Below, piece after piece: positions 42,308 to 51,887 of a DNA stretch of 64,000 nucleotides (position 1 is its first letter; each line of letters begins with the position of its first letter). Position numbers and translations under genes: made by a program. Origin of the DNA: Polyangiaceae bacterium (lineage in GTDB: Bacteria > Myxococcota_A > Polyangia > Polyangiales > Polyangiaceae); NCBI GenBank assembly GCA_035063585.1, contig JAPSGB010000007.1, forward strand, positions 64,001 to 128,000, given 5' to 3'. The notes under the pieces were generated by a model, which saw only the letters and a program-made list of their open reading frames with translations, had not been told where the DNA came from and made no database searches.

Positions 42308-44206
42308 TCAGTGAGCGTAAGCGTTGTAGAGCTCGAACGAGCTCGGCGGGTTCGCTATCCGGATGAACCCGACGCGATCCTGCGCGACCGGGAACCGCTC
42401 GACCTCGCAGCCCGGCCGACAGCGCAGCGGCTCCATCCAGTGAAAACGGACCACGACGTCCCGATGGAGCGGATCGGCGCTCGCGTCCTCGATCTTTATC
42501 GAATTGAGGCGCTGCGAGGCGATCCGACCTCTGCCCCGGTAAAAGTAGCTCGGAGCGATGTTCGTCCGATAGATCCTGACGCCCTGCACGCTCTTCGCAG
42601 GGATGAGCAGCTCGCGACGATAGTCGAGCGGACCGAGGTCGCCGCTCATCACCACGTACCCGACCGCGTATCGGGTGAGATAGTCGCGGAGGGCCTCTCC
42701 CGGTAGATTTCCGGTCGGCTCGAGCCGAAAGAGGTTGGCGTCGACGTGCGGCACGTTCCGCTCGCGGATCCCGCCGAGGATCGGCAGACGGCTCGTGGCG
42801 GCGAGATACTCGCCGAGCGGCCACTCGAGCACCAGCACCCGCCCGTCGTTCGCGGCGTGCGCGGCGAGCCAATCGCGCACCCCTTCGTAGCGCGGCGGCG
42901 GGCCCTCGTGACGACGCACCACGGGGAACGGCTCACCTGGGCCCACGAGCGACGACGTGAAGAGGTCCTCCTTCCCATTGATGGCAATTCGAGGCAGAAG
43001 ATCCGGGATGAAATAGAGCACGGTTCGCACGGCGCGCGGCGCGACGAGGACCAGCGCGAGCGCCAAGAGCAGCCGCGCTGGCCGCTCGAGCCGGCGCAGC
43101 GCGGACGGCGACAGCGCCTCGCGAAGCACCACCGCGGCTGGGATCGCCGCCGCCAGCATGGCTGGCCCGATCTGGCGATACGGCTGCGTCTGACGCGCAA
43201 GCCACAGGTAGCCGCTCAGATATGCGATCGCGAGATCACCGAGGATGAAGACGCCGAGCGCCAGCGCGCGCCGGTCACCTGCCCGCCACCAACGTAGCAG
43301 CGCGACGCCCCCCGCCGCGAAGGCGAGCGTGCGAAAGAGGGTGCGGACCGGCGCGCCCGTGTTGCGCGCGTCCTTCATCAGATCGAGCGTGTCGAACCAG
43401 AGGTATTCGAGCCGCGGGCGAAAGAAGACGTCGACGTCCCCGATGTAGTGACGATACCGGAGCGTGGGAAAGATCCACACGAGGGTGGTCGACGCGGCGG
43501 CGAGCGCTCCGAGCCACAAGAGCGCGTGAGTGCGAAGGGCGAGGCGCCGCCACGCCCTCGCGTAGAGCGCGACCACCGGCGCGAGCACCGCGAAGACCCC
43601 GAACGGGTGGATGAGGGTGATGACGGCCGCGACCAGCCCGAGCAGCAGGGGCCAGGCGAGCCGCTCTTCCTCGACCGTGCGCCACATGAGGCCCACGAGG
43701 AGGACGCTCGCGATGCACGTCGCCGACCACGTGATCATCCCGACCCACCAGCACCAATGCATGAACGAGTCGAAGAACCAGAGGAGCACCCAGAGCAGCG
43801 CCACTACGGTGGATTCGCCCGGAGTGAGCCGGAAGAGGCGGCCGGCCGCGTACGCGGCCAACGGCACCGCGAGGTGGACCAGCACGATGAACAGGTTGAA
43901 GGCGAGGCCGGCGCTCACTCCGAGCGCGCCGGCGCCAATCACGAAGAGCTCGGTGCCCTTGCTGGTCAAGTCCTCGACCACGCCCGCGGGCTGTCCGGCG
44001 AGCTGCTGCGGGTCGTACCCCCAGAGCGCGCCCCAGCCGGCAAACGCCTCTCGGGCCCGCTCGACCTGATAGACGTGGAGTGAATAGTCCGCGGTCATGA
44101 CCGGCGTCTTCGAGAAGAGCAACGCCGGCGGAGCGAAGTACGTGAGCAGCGCGAGGTGCAGCGCGACGACGGCGAGAAGCGCGCTACCTTGCCCGAACCG
44201 GCTCAC
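42308..44206 (-). CDS. Polytopic membrane protein, GT-C-like (YfhO/PTPS-related membrane type)
   Basis: First loop ADYSLH...WGYDPQQLAGQP, many TM segments, LIHP, soluble C-terminal domain (YLTRYAVGYVV, VRFHW). Confidence 0.65.
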   Translation of the reverse strand: MSRFGQGSALLAVVALHLALLTYFAPPALLFSKTPVMTADYSLHVYQVERAREAFAGWGALWGYDPQQLAGQPAGVVEDLTSKGTELFVIGAGALGVSAGLAFNLFIVLVHLAVPLAAYAAGRLFRLTPGESTVVALLWVLLWFFDSFMHWCWWVGMITWSATCIASVLLVGLMWRTVEEERLAWPLLLGLVAAVITLIHPFGVFAVLAPVVALYARAWRRLALRTHALLWLGALAAASTTLVWIFPTLRYRHYIGDVDVFFRPRLEYLWFDTLDLMKDARNTGAPVRTLFRTLAFAAGGVALLRWWRAGDRRALALGVFILGDLAIAYLSGYLWLARQTQPYRQIGPAMLAAAIPAAVVLREALSPSALRRLERPARLLLALALVLVAPRAVRTVLYFIPDLLPRIAINGKEDLFTSSLVGPGEPFPVVRRHEGPPPRYEGVRDWLAAHAANDGRVLVLEWPLGEYLAATSRLPILGGIRERNVPHVDANLFRLEPTGNLPGEALRDYLTRYAVGYVVMSGDLGPLDYRRELLIPAKSVQGVRIYRTNIAPSYFYRGRGRIASQRLNSIKIEDASADPLHRDVVVRFHWMEPLRCRPGCEVERFPVAQDRVGFIRIANPPSSFELYNAYAH

Positions 44207-44259
44207 GAGTCACGCATATACCTTGCGGCGGCCGAGAAATCGACGCTAGCTCACGGGCG

Positions 44260-46053
44260 ATGTCGCGAGGCGGGCTGCGTCGAACGCTCCTCATCGTCGC
44301 GGTGATCGGGCTCGGCGTGCTCCTGCATCGTCCCGGGCTGTCCGCGGGGCTGGCCGCCGACGACTATCTGCAGCGCGCGATGATCGACGGGAGCTATCCC
44401 GTGGGGCGCTCGCCGCTCGACCTCTACGCCTTCGTGGACGCGAGCCGTGGTGAGCTCCCGCGGCTCATGGACGCCGGGATCTTCCCGTGGTGGGTCCACC
44501 CCCACCTGAAGCTCACCGCGCTCCGACCGCTCTCGAGCCTGCTCGTGTACTTCGACGTCCGGGCGCTGGGCTCGTCGGACCTGGCGGCGCACCTCCACTC
44601 GCTCGTGTGGTTCGCGCTGCTCCTAGCCGCCCTCGCGCTCCTCTTCCAGAGCCTCTTCTCGGAGCCTATCGCGCTCCTGGCGACCGCGATCTACGCCTTC
44701 GATCCGCTGCACGTGATGCCGGTCGCGTGGCTCGCCAACCGGGCGGCGCTGGTGAGCGCCACCTTCGCGCTCCTCGGCCTGTGGGGCCACATCCGCTGGC
44801 GCGAGCGCGGCTGGCGCCCCGGCGCGCTCGTCAGCGGCGCCGGGGCCGCGCTAGCGCTCTTGGGGGGTGAGTACGGCATCAGCGCGCTCGGGTACCTGGC
44901 GGCCTACGAGCTCTCGGCCGGTCCCGGGCGGCGGCTCGACCGGCTGCGGGCGCTGGCGCTCGCCGCCGTTCCCGCGGCGCTCTACGCGGGAACCTACCTC
45001 GCGCTCGGCTACGGCGCTGAGGGCTCGAGCGTCTACGTCGATCCGTTTCGCTCGCCAGGCTGGTTCATCCTCTTGTCCTCGGTGCGCCTGCCGGCGCTCT
45101 TGGTCAACGAGTTCCTCTCGATCCCTGGTGAGCTCACGAGCAGCGCCCTGATCCTCGGTTACGGGCGCGCGCTCATGATCCTCCTGCCGCCGCTCGTGCT
45201 CCTCGGCGCGCTCGTGCCGGGGATGCTCCGGCGCCTTCGTTGGGACGAGCGGCGCATGCTCGTCTTCTTGATGCTCGGCAACGGGCTCTCGATCGTGCCC
45301 TTGCTCGGGACCATCCCCTCGCCGCGCCTGCTGGTAGTCCCGGCGATTGGCGGGGCGGTCCTCTTGGCCCTGCTCATTCGAGACGGCGTAGCCCGGGTCG
45401 GCGAGCGCGCGGCGCGGTTTCGAGTCGGCACCTGGTGGCGCGCGCTCATGGCGCTCTCACTCGCGCTGGCGCACCTGGTCGTCTCACCCATGACCACGCT
45501 GTCCTTCGGGACCGGCTGGAGCACCGGGCAAATCCTGGTCCGAGCCCTCTATCAGCGCGGCGACATCGATGATCGCGAGGTCGCTCACCAGCAACTCATC
45601 CTCTTGAACTCCTTCAACCACGTGTCCGCCATCTACCCGCCATGGGCGCGTCACCACGCCGGCAGCCCGCTGCCGGGCTCGTGGCGCGCGCTCACCACGA
45701 GCCCGGCGAGCCAAGAGCTGACTCGCACCTCGACCGACACCTTCGAGCTTGCCGCGGTCGGCGGCACGCTGCTCGATCTCGCCGCGACGGACCTCCTGAG
45801 GAGCGCGGACGCGCCGTTCCGGAGCGGGGACCGCGTGACGCTCCGCGGCCTCTCCGCGGAGGTGCTCGAGTCGAGCCCGTGGGGACCGAGCCGCGTCCGC
45901 TTCCGCTTCGATCGGGCCCTCGACGACCCGTCACTCGTCTTCCTCGAGATGGGCGCGGACGGTGTGCGCCGAGTCAGCCTACCGCGGATTGGAGGGACAC
46001 TGGCGATCCCAGGCGCGCCGCTGCCGAGCGTCAGCCCGCCTCCGCAGCCTTGA
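44260..46053 (+). CDS. Polytopic membrane protein, TMTC-like GT-C transferase; paralog of 36804..38558
   Basis: LAADDY, PWW, LRPLSSLL, AHLHSLVW, DPLHVMPVAWLANRAALV, RWRERGWRPG, GSSVYVDP. Confidence 0.72.
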   Translation: MSRGGLRRTLLIVAVIGLGVLLHRPGLSAGLAADDYLQRAMIDGSYPVGRSPLDLYAFVDASRGELPRLMDAGIFPWWVHPHLKLTALRPLSSLLVYFDVRALGSSDLAAHLHSLVWFALLLAALALLFQSLFSEPIALLATAIYAFDPLHVMPVAWLANRAALVSATFALLGLWGHIRWRERGWRPGALVSGAGAALALLGGEYGISALGYLAAYELSAGPGRRLDRLRALALAAVPAALYAGTYLALGYGAEGSSVYVDPFRSPGWFILLSSVRLPALLVNEFLSIPGELTSSALILGYGRALMILLPPLVLLGALVPGMLRRLRWDERRMLVFLMLGNGLSIVPLLGTIPSPRLLVVPAIGGAVLLALLIRDGVARVGERAARFRVGTWWRALMALSLALAHLVVSPMTTLSFGTGWSTGQILVRALYQRGDIDDREVAHQQLILLNSFNHVSAIYPPWARHHAGSPLPGSWRALTTSPASQELTRTSTDTFELAAVGGTLLDLAATDLLRSADAPFRSGDRVTLRGLSAEVLESSPWGPSRVRFRFDRALDDPSLVFLEMGADGVRRVSLPRIGGTLAIPGAPLPSVSPPPQP

Positions 46054-48493
46054 CCGCGGAGCCGAGCGCCTCCGGTACGTGCTCGCGAGCGTGGCGAACC
46101 ACCCAGAACGACAAGACGAGCGCGAGCACGTAGAAGCCGGCTCCGATCAAGAGCGTCGCAGTGATCCCGGCGTGCATGGTGGTGAGCGTCGCCAGCACCG
46201 AGCCGAGCACCGAGGTGCCGCTGTTGACGCTCCACAGCCAGGGGACCCGCGCCCGCGCGCGCAGCGACACCTCGCGCAGCAGCGCCGGCAGCGGCAATCC
46301 GAGCAAGAGCCCGAGCGGCGCGATGAGCGCGACCGCGAGGAGGGCACGCAGCGCGGGCCCCACGCCGCGCGCCGACTCGAGCCAGCGAGGGCCGAGGAGA
46401 GCGAACGCTGCGATCGCGACCACCAGCAGAGCGAGTCCGATCGCGAGGACACGCCGAGGGCGCTCGACGGGCCGACCGAGCACTCGGCTGCCGAGCGCGC
46501 TCGCGACGAGCAGCGTCAAGAGCACCACCGACAGGGTCGAGGTCGGGTGCCCGAGGAACACGCTGAAGCGCAGCACCAGCCCGAGCTCGACGAACATGAA
46601 GCCGAGGCCGAGGCACGCCACGTAGCCGAGATCCCAGAGCGCCGCTCCTTCGCCAGCGAGCGCCTCGCGACGGCGGACGAGGAGCGGGACGAGCAGGAAC
46701 ACCCCGACCACCAGCACCGCGACCACCGCGACCTTGGCGAGGATGGCGAGCCCGTTTCCAAAGAGATGTCCGGGGCCAGCACCGAACAAGGCGCGACCGA
46801 GATCGCGCAAGCGGTTCTGGTAGAAGAAGAACGGATGGTCGTCGGTCGTCGGTGAGACGTCCAGCGGCCAGCGCGCGCGGGCGTGGTCGAGGGCCGCCGC
46901 GTCACGGGTCGAGAGGATGGCAGCGATCCAGCGCTCCTCCAGCGAGCGAGTCGCGGGCGGGAGCCCGGGCAAGTACACGGGCCTGAAGCCGAGCTCGCGC
47001 ACCTCCCGAGCCACGCGCGCTACCTCGAGGTCGGTCCAGCCATCGGGGCGGATCAGGACCTCGAACATGGTGGCGTCGCGGGTGGCGAGCCAGGGCGTCG
47101 ACACGACCAACACCGCGCGAGACGGGTCCTTTCCACGAGCCGCGACCGCGGCGCGCGCGATCGACGCGAGCCGCGCACCCACCGCCAGGTCCGGCAAGCT
47201 CACCGACGCGACGCTGAGGACGCCGCCGGGCGCGAGGCTACCGGTGAAATCGATGAAGGCGTCGGCGGTGTAGAGACTGTTCTCGGTGAGCGCGTAGGCG
47301 CCCGCCGCGGTGGCAGCGGAGGTGTCCACCATGCTGAGGTTGATGACGTCGAAGCGCCGTTCGGCCTGCCGAAGCGCGGTCCGGCCATCTTCCACGAGCA
47401 CCGTCACGTCGTCGCGCAGGTAGAGCCCGCCCGAGAACTCGCGGTACTTGTCGCGCATCACGTCGTCGACGATGAGCGGGTTGATCTCGACGGCGGTGAC
47501 GTGACGCGCGCCTGCCGCCAGCGCCGCGAGCACGTCCTTTCCGCCCCCGGCTCCCACCACGCACACCTCCTTCGGCTCCGGGTGCGCCCGATACGACAGC
47601 GCGCTGAGATCGAAGGTGGTGTAGCGAACCTCCTCGAACGCGCCCGTGAATCGCGTCACCGTGGTCATCGCGTTCATGTCGATGACCAGGGTCTTCTGCT
47701 GCGGGATCGGCCCTCGGTACTCCGGCGACAGGCCCCAGCCGCGAAACCCGACCTGGGGCAGCACGGTCACCATCGAGAACGAGTTCCATCGGTTATACTC
47801 GGGCGGGCGCGCGTCGAGGTGGATCCCCTTGGCGATCCGCACGCGAAAGAGCCCGGACTGCGGCGCGGTCGCGCCGAGCACCGCCACCGCCGCGAGGGTC
47901 GCCCATGCGGCTCGGCGGGCCTCGCCGAACACGAGCGCGCCGAGCGCCGCCAAGAGCGCGGCGGCGAGCAGCGCGAGGGGCCCTCCCAGAGCCGAAAGGA
48001 GCGGCACCACCAGCGCGCAGCCGACGCCCGCCCCGAGCAAATCCATGAAGTAGAGCCGATGCACGAAGGTCGCGTGGCGGGTGATGGCGAGCGCAATGGT
48101 GAAGCCGCCCGCGACGAACGGCGCGGCCGCCATCAGGAACACCACCAAGAGCTTGGCGGTCAGGCGCGTGAACGGGACGTTTGCGTCCGCGCCGAACCAG
48201 TCGGGTGAGAGGTTCAAGAGCGCGAGATCGACCAGCACGATCGACACGCAGAGCGCGAGGGAGCTCCTCGCGAGCCAGACCTCCGTCCTTGACGGCAAGA
48301 TGCGGTGCTCGAGCAAGTGGACAGCGAGCGCCGCAGCGCCCATCCCGAACAGCGCCACCGAGATCGCGAGGAAGGCGAAGTGATACCAGACCACCACCGA
48401 GAAGATGCGCGTGACCACGAGCTCGCTGGTCATGAGCGCCATGCTCGTGCAGAGGACGCCGAGCGCCACGCGGCGAGGCACGGGCGCGGTCAC
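46031..48493 (-). CDS. Membrane spermidine synthase-like SAM-fold protein, paralog 3
   Basis: TRIFSVVVWYHFAFLAISVALFG, WNSFSMV, VVGAGGGKD, AVEINP, EDGR, ENSLYT, PTTDDHPFFF, WSVNS. Confidence 0.87.
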   Translation of the reverse strand: MTAPVPRRVALGVLCTSMALMTSELVVTRIFSVVVWYHFAFLAISVALFGMGAAALAVHLLEHRILPSRTEVWLARSSLALCVSIVLVDLALLNLSPDWFGADANVPFTRLTAKLLVVFLMAAAPFVAGGFTIALAITRHATFVHRLYFMDLLGAGVGCALVVPLLSALGGPLALLAAALLAALGALVFGEARRAAWATLAAVAVLGATAPQSGLFRVRIAKGIHLDARPPEYNRWNSFSMVTVLPQVGFRGWGLSPEYRGPIPQQKTLVIDMNAMTTVTRFTGAFEEVRYTTFDLSALSYRAHPEPKEVCVVGAGGGKDVLAALAAGARHVTAVEINPLIVDDVMRDKYREFSGGLYLRDDVTVLVEDGRTALRQAERRFDVINLSMVDTSAATAAGAYALTENSLYTADAFIDFTGSLAPGGVLSVASVSLPDLAVGARLASIARAAVAARGKDPSRAVLVVSTPWLATRDATMFEVLIRPDGWTDLEVARVAREVRELGFRPVYLPGLPPATRSLEERWIAAILSTRDAAALDHARARWPLDVSPTTDDHPFFFYQNRLRDLGRALFGAGPGHLFGNGLAILAKVAVVAVLVVGVFLLVPLLVRRREALAGEGAALWDLGYVACLGLGFMFVELGLVLRFSVFLGHPTSTLSVVLLTLLVASALGSRVLGRPVERPRRVLAIGLALLVVAIAAFALLGPRWLESARGVGPALRALLAVALIAPLGLLLGLPLPALLREVSLRARARVPWLWSVNSGTSVLGSVLATLTTMHAGITATLLIGAGFYVLALVLSFWVVRHAREHVPEALGSAVKAAEAG

Positions 48494-49572
48494 TGGCCAG
48501 GCACGCTCGGTGAGGCGGCGTCGGGACCGGCAGGGCTCGGCGGCTCGGGGGCGCCCGCCTCGGGCGCTCCGATCACGGAGCGCAGCTCGGCGCGCACCGC
48601 GGACACCACGGTCAAGAACTGCTGTTTGCCCTTGGTGTCGTAGGCCGAGAGCTTGAGCGTCGCCGCCTCTCCGAGGCGCGCCGAGAGGATCACGGCCGTG
48701 AGGCGGTCCAAGGTGAGCTCACCTTCACCTTCTCCGCGAAACTGCTCGAGCATCGCCACCGCGTCGGGATCCATCGGGTTTTTCACCTCTTGGCGTGGCG
48801 CGGCGAGCTGAACCCGGATCCGGATGGTCACGGTCCGGTCATCCATCGCGACCAAGGTCATGTCCGACACCTGGATGGTCCGCACGCCTTGACGCTCGGT
48901 CGGGTCCGAGAAGCGCCAGTGCGCCCCGATCCCCACCGGGCCCGGGGGAAGTCGGAAGGGGAAATGACGCTGGGTGGCCCAGAGGTTGTCGATCATCTGC
49001 TTGATGCGAGCCGGCGGCACGACGCCGCCCACCGTCTCGGTGTCCACCTCGACGATGGCGCCGTCTTCCCCGACGAGCTGGCGCATGGTGGTGCCCACCA
49101 AGGAGGAGAGCGCGTCGTTGGTCTTCTGCAGCAGCTCGGGCGGGGCGCTCGGGTTCCTCACCTCGAGCGACTCGACCACCGCGCGCTCCTCCACCAAGCG
49201 AGCACCGCCGTCGGGGCCGGGCCGAACCACCGGGTCGGCGGTGCCGTGTAGCACCTCGAACCGCACCTTCATCACCGCCGACGGCGGGTTCGGCGCCGGC
49301 GCGCCTGCCGCGCTGACCGAGGTCCGATTGGTGAGCTCGCTCGTGTACACGAGACCAGCCCATCGCCCGACCGAGATGGTGACGAGCGGTGGACGGCCGG
49401 CATCGAGGAGCTCGACGCTCGCGACCTGGGCGTCACTCTGCTCGACGGCTGCCTGCTTCTTGCCGCAGCGTGAGCTGCACGACGAGAGGACGAGCGCCGG
49501 GGCGAGCCACGCGATGATGACGAGCGGGCGCGCTCGCCGACGGCGCGGCAGGGAGTGCTCCGGATCGCTCAT
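48490..49572 (-). CDS. Hypothetical exported lipoprotein, beta-rich
   Basis: Signal LVLSSC; VELLDAG, LPPGPVGIGAHW, GEGELTLD; coupled to paralog 3 by a GTGA overlap. Confidence 0.7.
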   Translation of the reverse strand: MSDPEHSLPRRRRARPLVIIAWLAPALVLSSCSSRCGKKQAAVEQSDAQVASVELLDAGRPPLVTISVGRWAGLVYTSELTNRTSVSAAGAPAPNPPSAVMKVRFEVLHGTADPVVRPGPDGGARLVEERAVVESLEVRNPSAPPELLQKTNDALSSLVGTTMRQLVGEDGAIVEVDTETVGGVVPPARIKQMIDNLWATQRHFPFRLPPGPVGIGAHWRFSDPTERQGVRTIQVSDMTLVAMDDRTVTIRIRVQLAAPRQEVKNPMDPDAVAMLEQFRGEGEGELTLDRLTAVILSARLGEAATLKLSAYDTKGKQQFLTVVSAVRAELRSVIGAPEAGAPEPPSPAGPDAASPSVPGQ

Positions 49573-49585
49573 GACTCACTCCAGC

Positions 49586-50650
49586 TCATCCTGCGGGGCG
49601 CTTGCCGCTGAGCGCGATCCACTCGGAGAGCTCGCCGCGGATGATCCGGGGCGCGGCGCGTAGCCCAGCGAGCTCGGCCGCTCCTACCAGCAGCATGGTC
49701 GTGCGAAGCTCGGCCTCGACGCGTTCGAGCAACTCGAGCGCGCCGGCGCGCCCGCCGCGCTCGAGCGCCTGCAGTACCGGGCGCGCCAGCCCGCCCGCGC
49801 TGGCGCCGAGCGCGATCGCCTTGGCGACGTCGAGCCCGCTCTTCATGCCACCGGTCGCGAAGATCGTCTCGAAGCCGTGGGGAGCGACCAGCGCCACGCT
49901 GGCGGCGGTCGGGATACCCCACTCGCGGAACACCTCGCCGAGCGCCTTATGACCGGCCTCGGCCCGATGCATCTCCACCGCGACCCACGAGGTGCCGCCG
50001 GCGCCGGACACGTCCACGTGCCGAACCCCGACCGAGCGCACGCGACGTGCCACGCCGCTCGACAAGCCGCAGCCCGTCTCCTTGACGACGATCGGCACGG
50101 GCAGCTCCCCGACGAGCCGCGCGAGGGTCTCGAGCCCGCCCTGGAAATCCCGGTCACCCTCCGGCTGCACGACCTCCATCGCGGGGTTCAGATGCACGCA
50201 GAGCGCGTCGGCCCCCACGCTCTCGACCAACTCGGCGAGCTCGAGCGAGCTCATGGCGCGCGCCTGCACGAGCCCGACGTTGCCGAGCACGAGCGCCTCG
50301 GGGGCGAGGTCCCTGACCGCGTACGTCACCCGCGACGCCCGATCCTTGTGCATCGCGCGCTGGCTACCGAGCCCGAACGCGTAGCCCCGCTCTTCGGCGA
50401 TGGAGGCGAGCTCTCTATTTATGTCCTGCGCTCGAGCCGTGCCCCCCGTCATCGCGGCGATGAGGAGCGGCGCGCGGAGGCGCTTTCCGAGCACCCGGCA
50501 CGAGGTGTCGATCGCGTCGCAGTCGAGCTCCGGCAGCGCGTCGTGCACGAGCCGGACATCGTCGAAGAGGGTCGTCGTCTCGTGAAACGCGACGTCGCCC
50601 CGAGTCGCGAGCTCCAGGTGATCGGCCTTACGCGAGGAGAGATCCGCCAT
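49586..50650 (-). CDS. fni: Type 2 isopentenyl-diphosphate isomerase (FMN)
   Basis: RKADHL, AMTGG, GSQR, HLNPAME.VQPEGD, VKETGCG, GAGGTSW, WGIPTA. Confidence 0.96.
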   Translation of the reverse strand: MADLSSRKADHLELATRGDVAFHETTTLFDDVRLVHDALPELDCDAIDTSCRVLGKRLRAPLLIAAMTGGTARAQDINRELASIAEERGYAFGLGSQRAMHKDRASRVTYAVRDLAPEALVLGNVGLVQARAMSSLELAELVESVGADALCVHLNPAMEVVQPEGDRDFQGGLETLARLVGELPVPIVVKETGCGLSSGVARRVRSVGVRHVDVSGAGGTSWVAVEMHRAEAGHKALGEVFREWGIPTAASVALVAPHGFETIFATGGMKSGLDVAKAIALGASAGGLARPVLQALERGGRAGALELLERVEAELRTTMLLVGAAELAGLRAAPRIIRGELSEWIALSGKRPAG

Positions 50651-50726
50651 CGTTCGTCCGAGCAGCTCACGGGTCTTAGCGGAAAACCGCCCGCGACGCA
50701 CCGCTCGGGAGCGGGAGCTCGTCCAA

Positions 50727-50755
50727 TTGACAGGGTTCCCCTGGGTCCATACCCT
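50727..50755 (+). promoter_or_regulatory. Sigma70-type promoter of the prenyl synthase-mevalonate operon
   Basis: TTGACA (50727-50732), 17 bp spacer, TACCCT (50750-50755), ending 11 nt before the ATG at 50767. Confidence 0.75.
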
Positions 50756-50766
50756 AGGCGGACAAA

Positions 50767-51879
50767 ATGCCTTCGAGGTCGGGGACTTCCAGAGGTGATG
50801 CGGGCGGCCGCCGCGGGCGCGGGCCGCACGCTAAGCCGCTCGCCTCGAACCCTTTCGTGGCGCTCCTGCAGGAGGTTCGCGGAGACGTCGACCGACGCCT
50901 CGAGCGCTTCCTCGACGGGCAGCTCGCGGAGGTGGTCCGGCACGGGCCGGAGGTGGTGACCATGGTCTCGGCCATCCGCGATCTGGTGCTGCGCGGCGGC
51001 AAGCGCCTCCGACCAGCCTTGCTCGCCACCGGCTATCGCGCGATGAGCGCCACCCTACCCCTCGAGCCCGCGCTCGGCGCCGGCGTGGCGGTCGAGCTCC
51101 TGCAGGCCTATTTTCTCATCCACGACGACTGGATGGATCAGGACGACCTCCGGCGCGGCGGGCCCGCGGTCCACGCGCTGCTCGCCAAGCGCTTCCGCTC
51201 ACGCCGCCTCGGCCATGCCTCCGGGATCCTCGCGGGGGACTACGCCGCGGCGCTCGCCACCCTGGCGCTCGCGACCGTCGACGCGCCGCCCGCCGCCGCG
51301 CGGCAGGTCTTCACCGCCTTCGCTCGCATGCAGCTCGATGCCGTGACCGGTCAGCAGCTCGACCTCATCGGCCAAACGAACGACATCGAGGCCGCGTACA
51401 CGTTGAAGACCTCGAGCTACACCGTCCGCGGCCCGCTCGGCCTCGGCGCGCTGCTCGCTGGCGCGACGCCGCGCAAGCTCGCGGTGCTCGATCGCTACGC
51501 GCTCCCCATCGGCATCGCCTTCCAGCTCCGTGACGATCTCCTCTCGGCGTTCGGTGATCCCGAAGAGACCGGCAAGCCGTTCGGAAGCGACTTGAAGAGC
51601 GGCAAGCGCACCGTCCTGCTCACCACCGCGCTCGAGCGCACCCGCGGCCGCGCGCATCGGGTGCTCGCCGGCGTGGTCGGCAACCCGCGCGCGACCGAGG
51701 CCGAGCTGCGCCGCGCGGTGAGCGAGCTCGAGCGCTCGGGCGCGCGAAGCGCGGTCGAAGAGCGGATCGACGCGCTCCGCGATCAGGCGCTCGCGGCGCT
51801 TTCGGGCGCGCGGCTCTCCCGCGACGGACACGCGCTGCTCGAGGGCGCCGCGCGCGCCATGACCGAGCGAACCAGCTGA
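50767..51879 (+). CDS. Short-chain trans-polyprenyl diphosphate synthase (FPP/GGPP)
   Basis: GGKRLRP, FARM QAYFLIHDDWMD..RRG, GQQLD, KT, SARM FQLRDDLL, DLKSGK. Confidence 0.92.
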   Translation: MPSRSGTSRGDAGGRRGRGPHAKPLASNPFVALLQEVRGDVDRRLERFLDGQLAEVVRHGPEVVTMVSAIRDLVLRGGKRLRPALLATGYRAMSATLPLEPALGAGVAVELLQAYFLIHDDWMDQDDLRRGGPAVHALLAKRFRSRRLGHASGILAGDYAAALATLALATVDAPPAAARQVFTAFARMQLDAVTGQQLDLIGQTNDIEAAYTLKTSSYTVRGPLGLGALLAGATPRKLAVLDRYALPIGIAFQLRDDLLSAFGDPEETGKPFGSDLKSGKRTVLLTTALERTRGRAHRVLAGVVGNPRATEAELRRAVSELERSGARSAVEERIDALRDQALAALSGARLSRDGHALLEGAARAMTERTS

Positions 51880-51887
51880 CGATAGCC

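Noticed and set aside
28511..48493. Calling the three SAM-fold genes speE
   Set aside because: They lack GGGDG, are ~800-aa polytopic membrane proteins, and no speD is present in the window.
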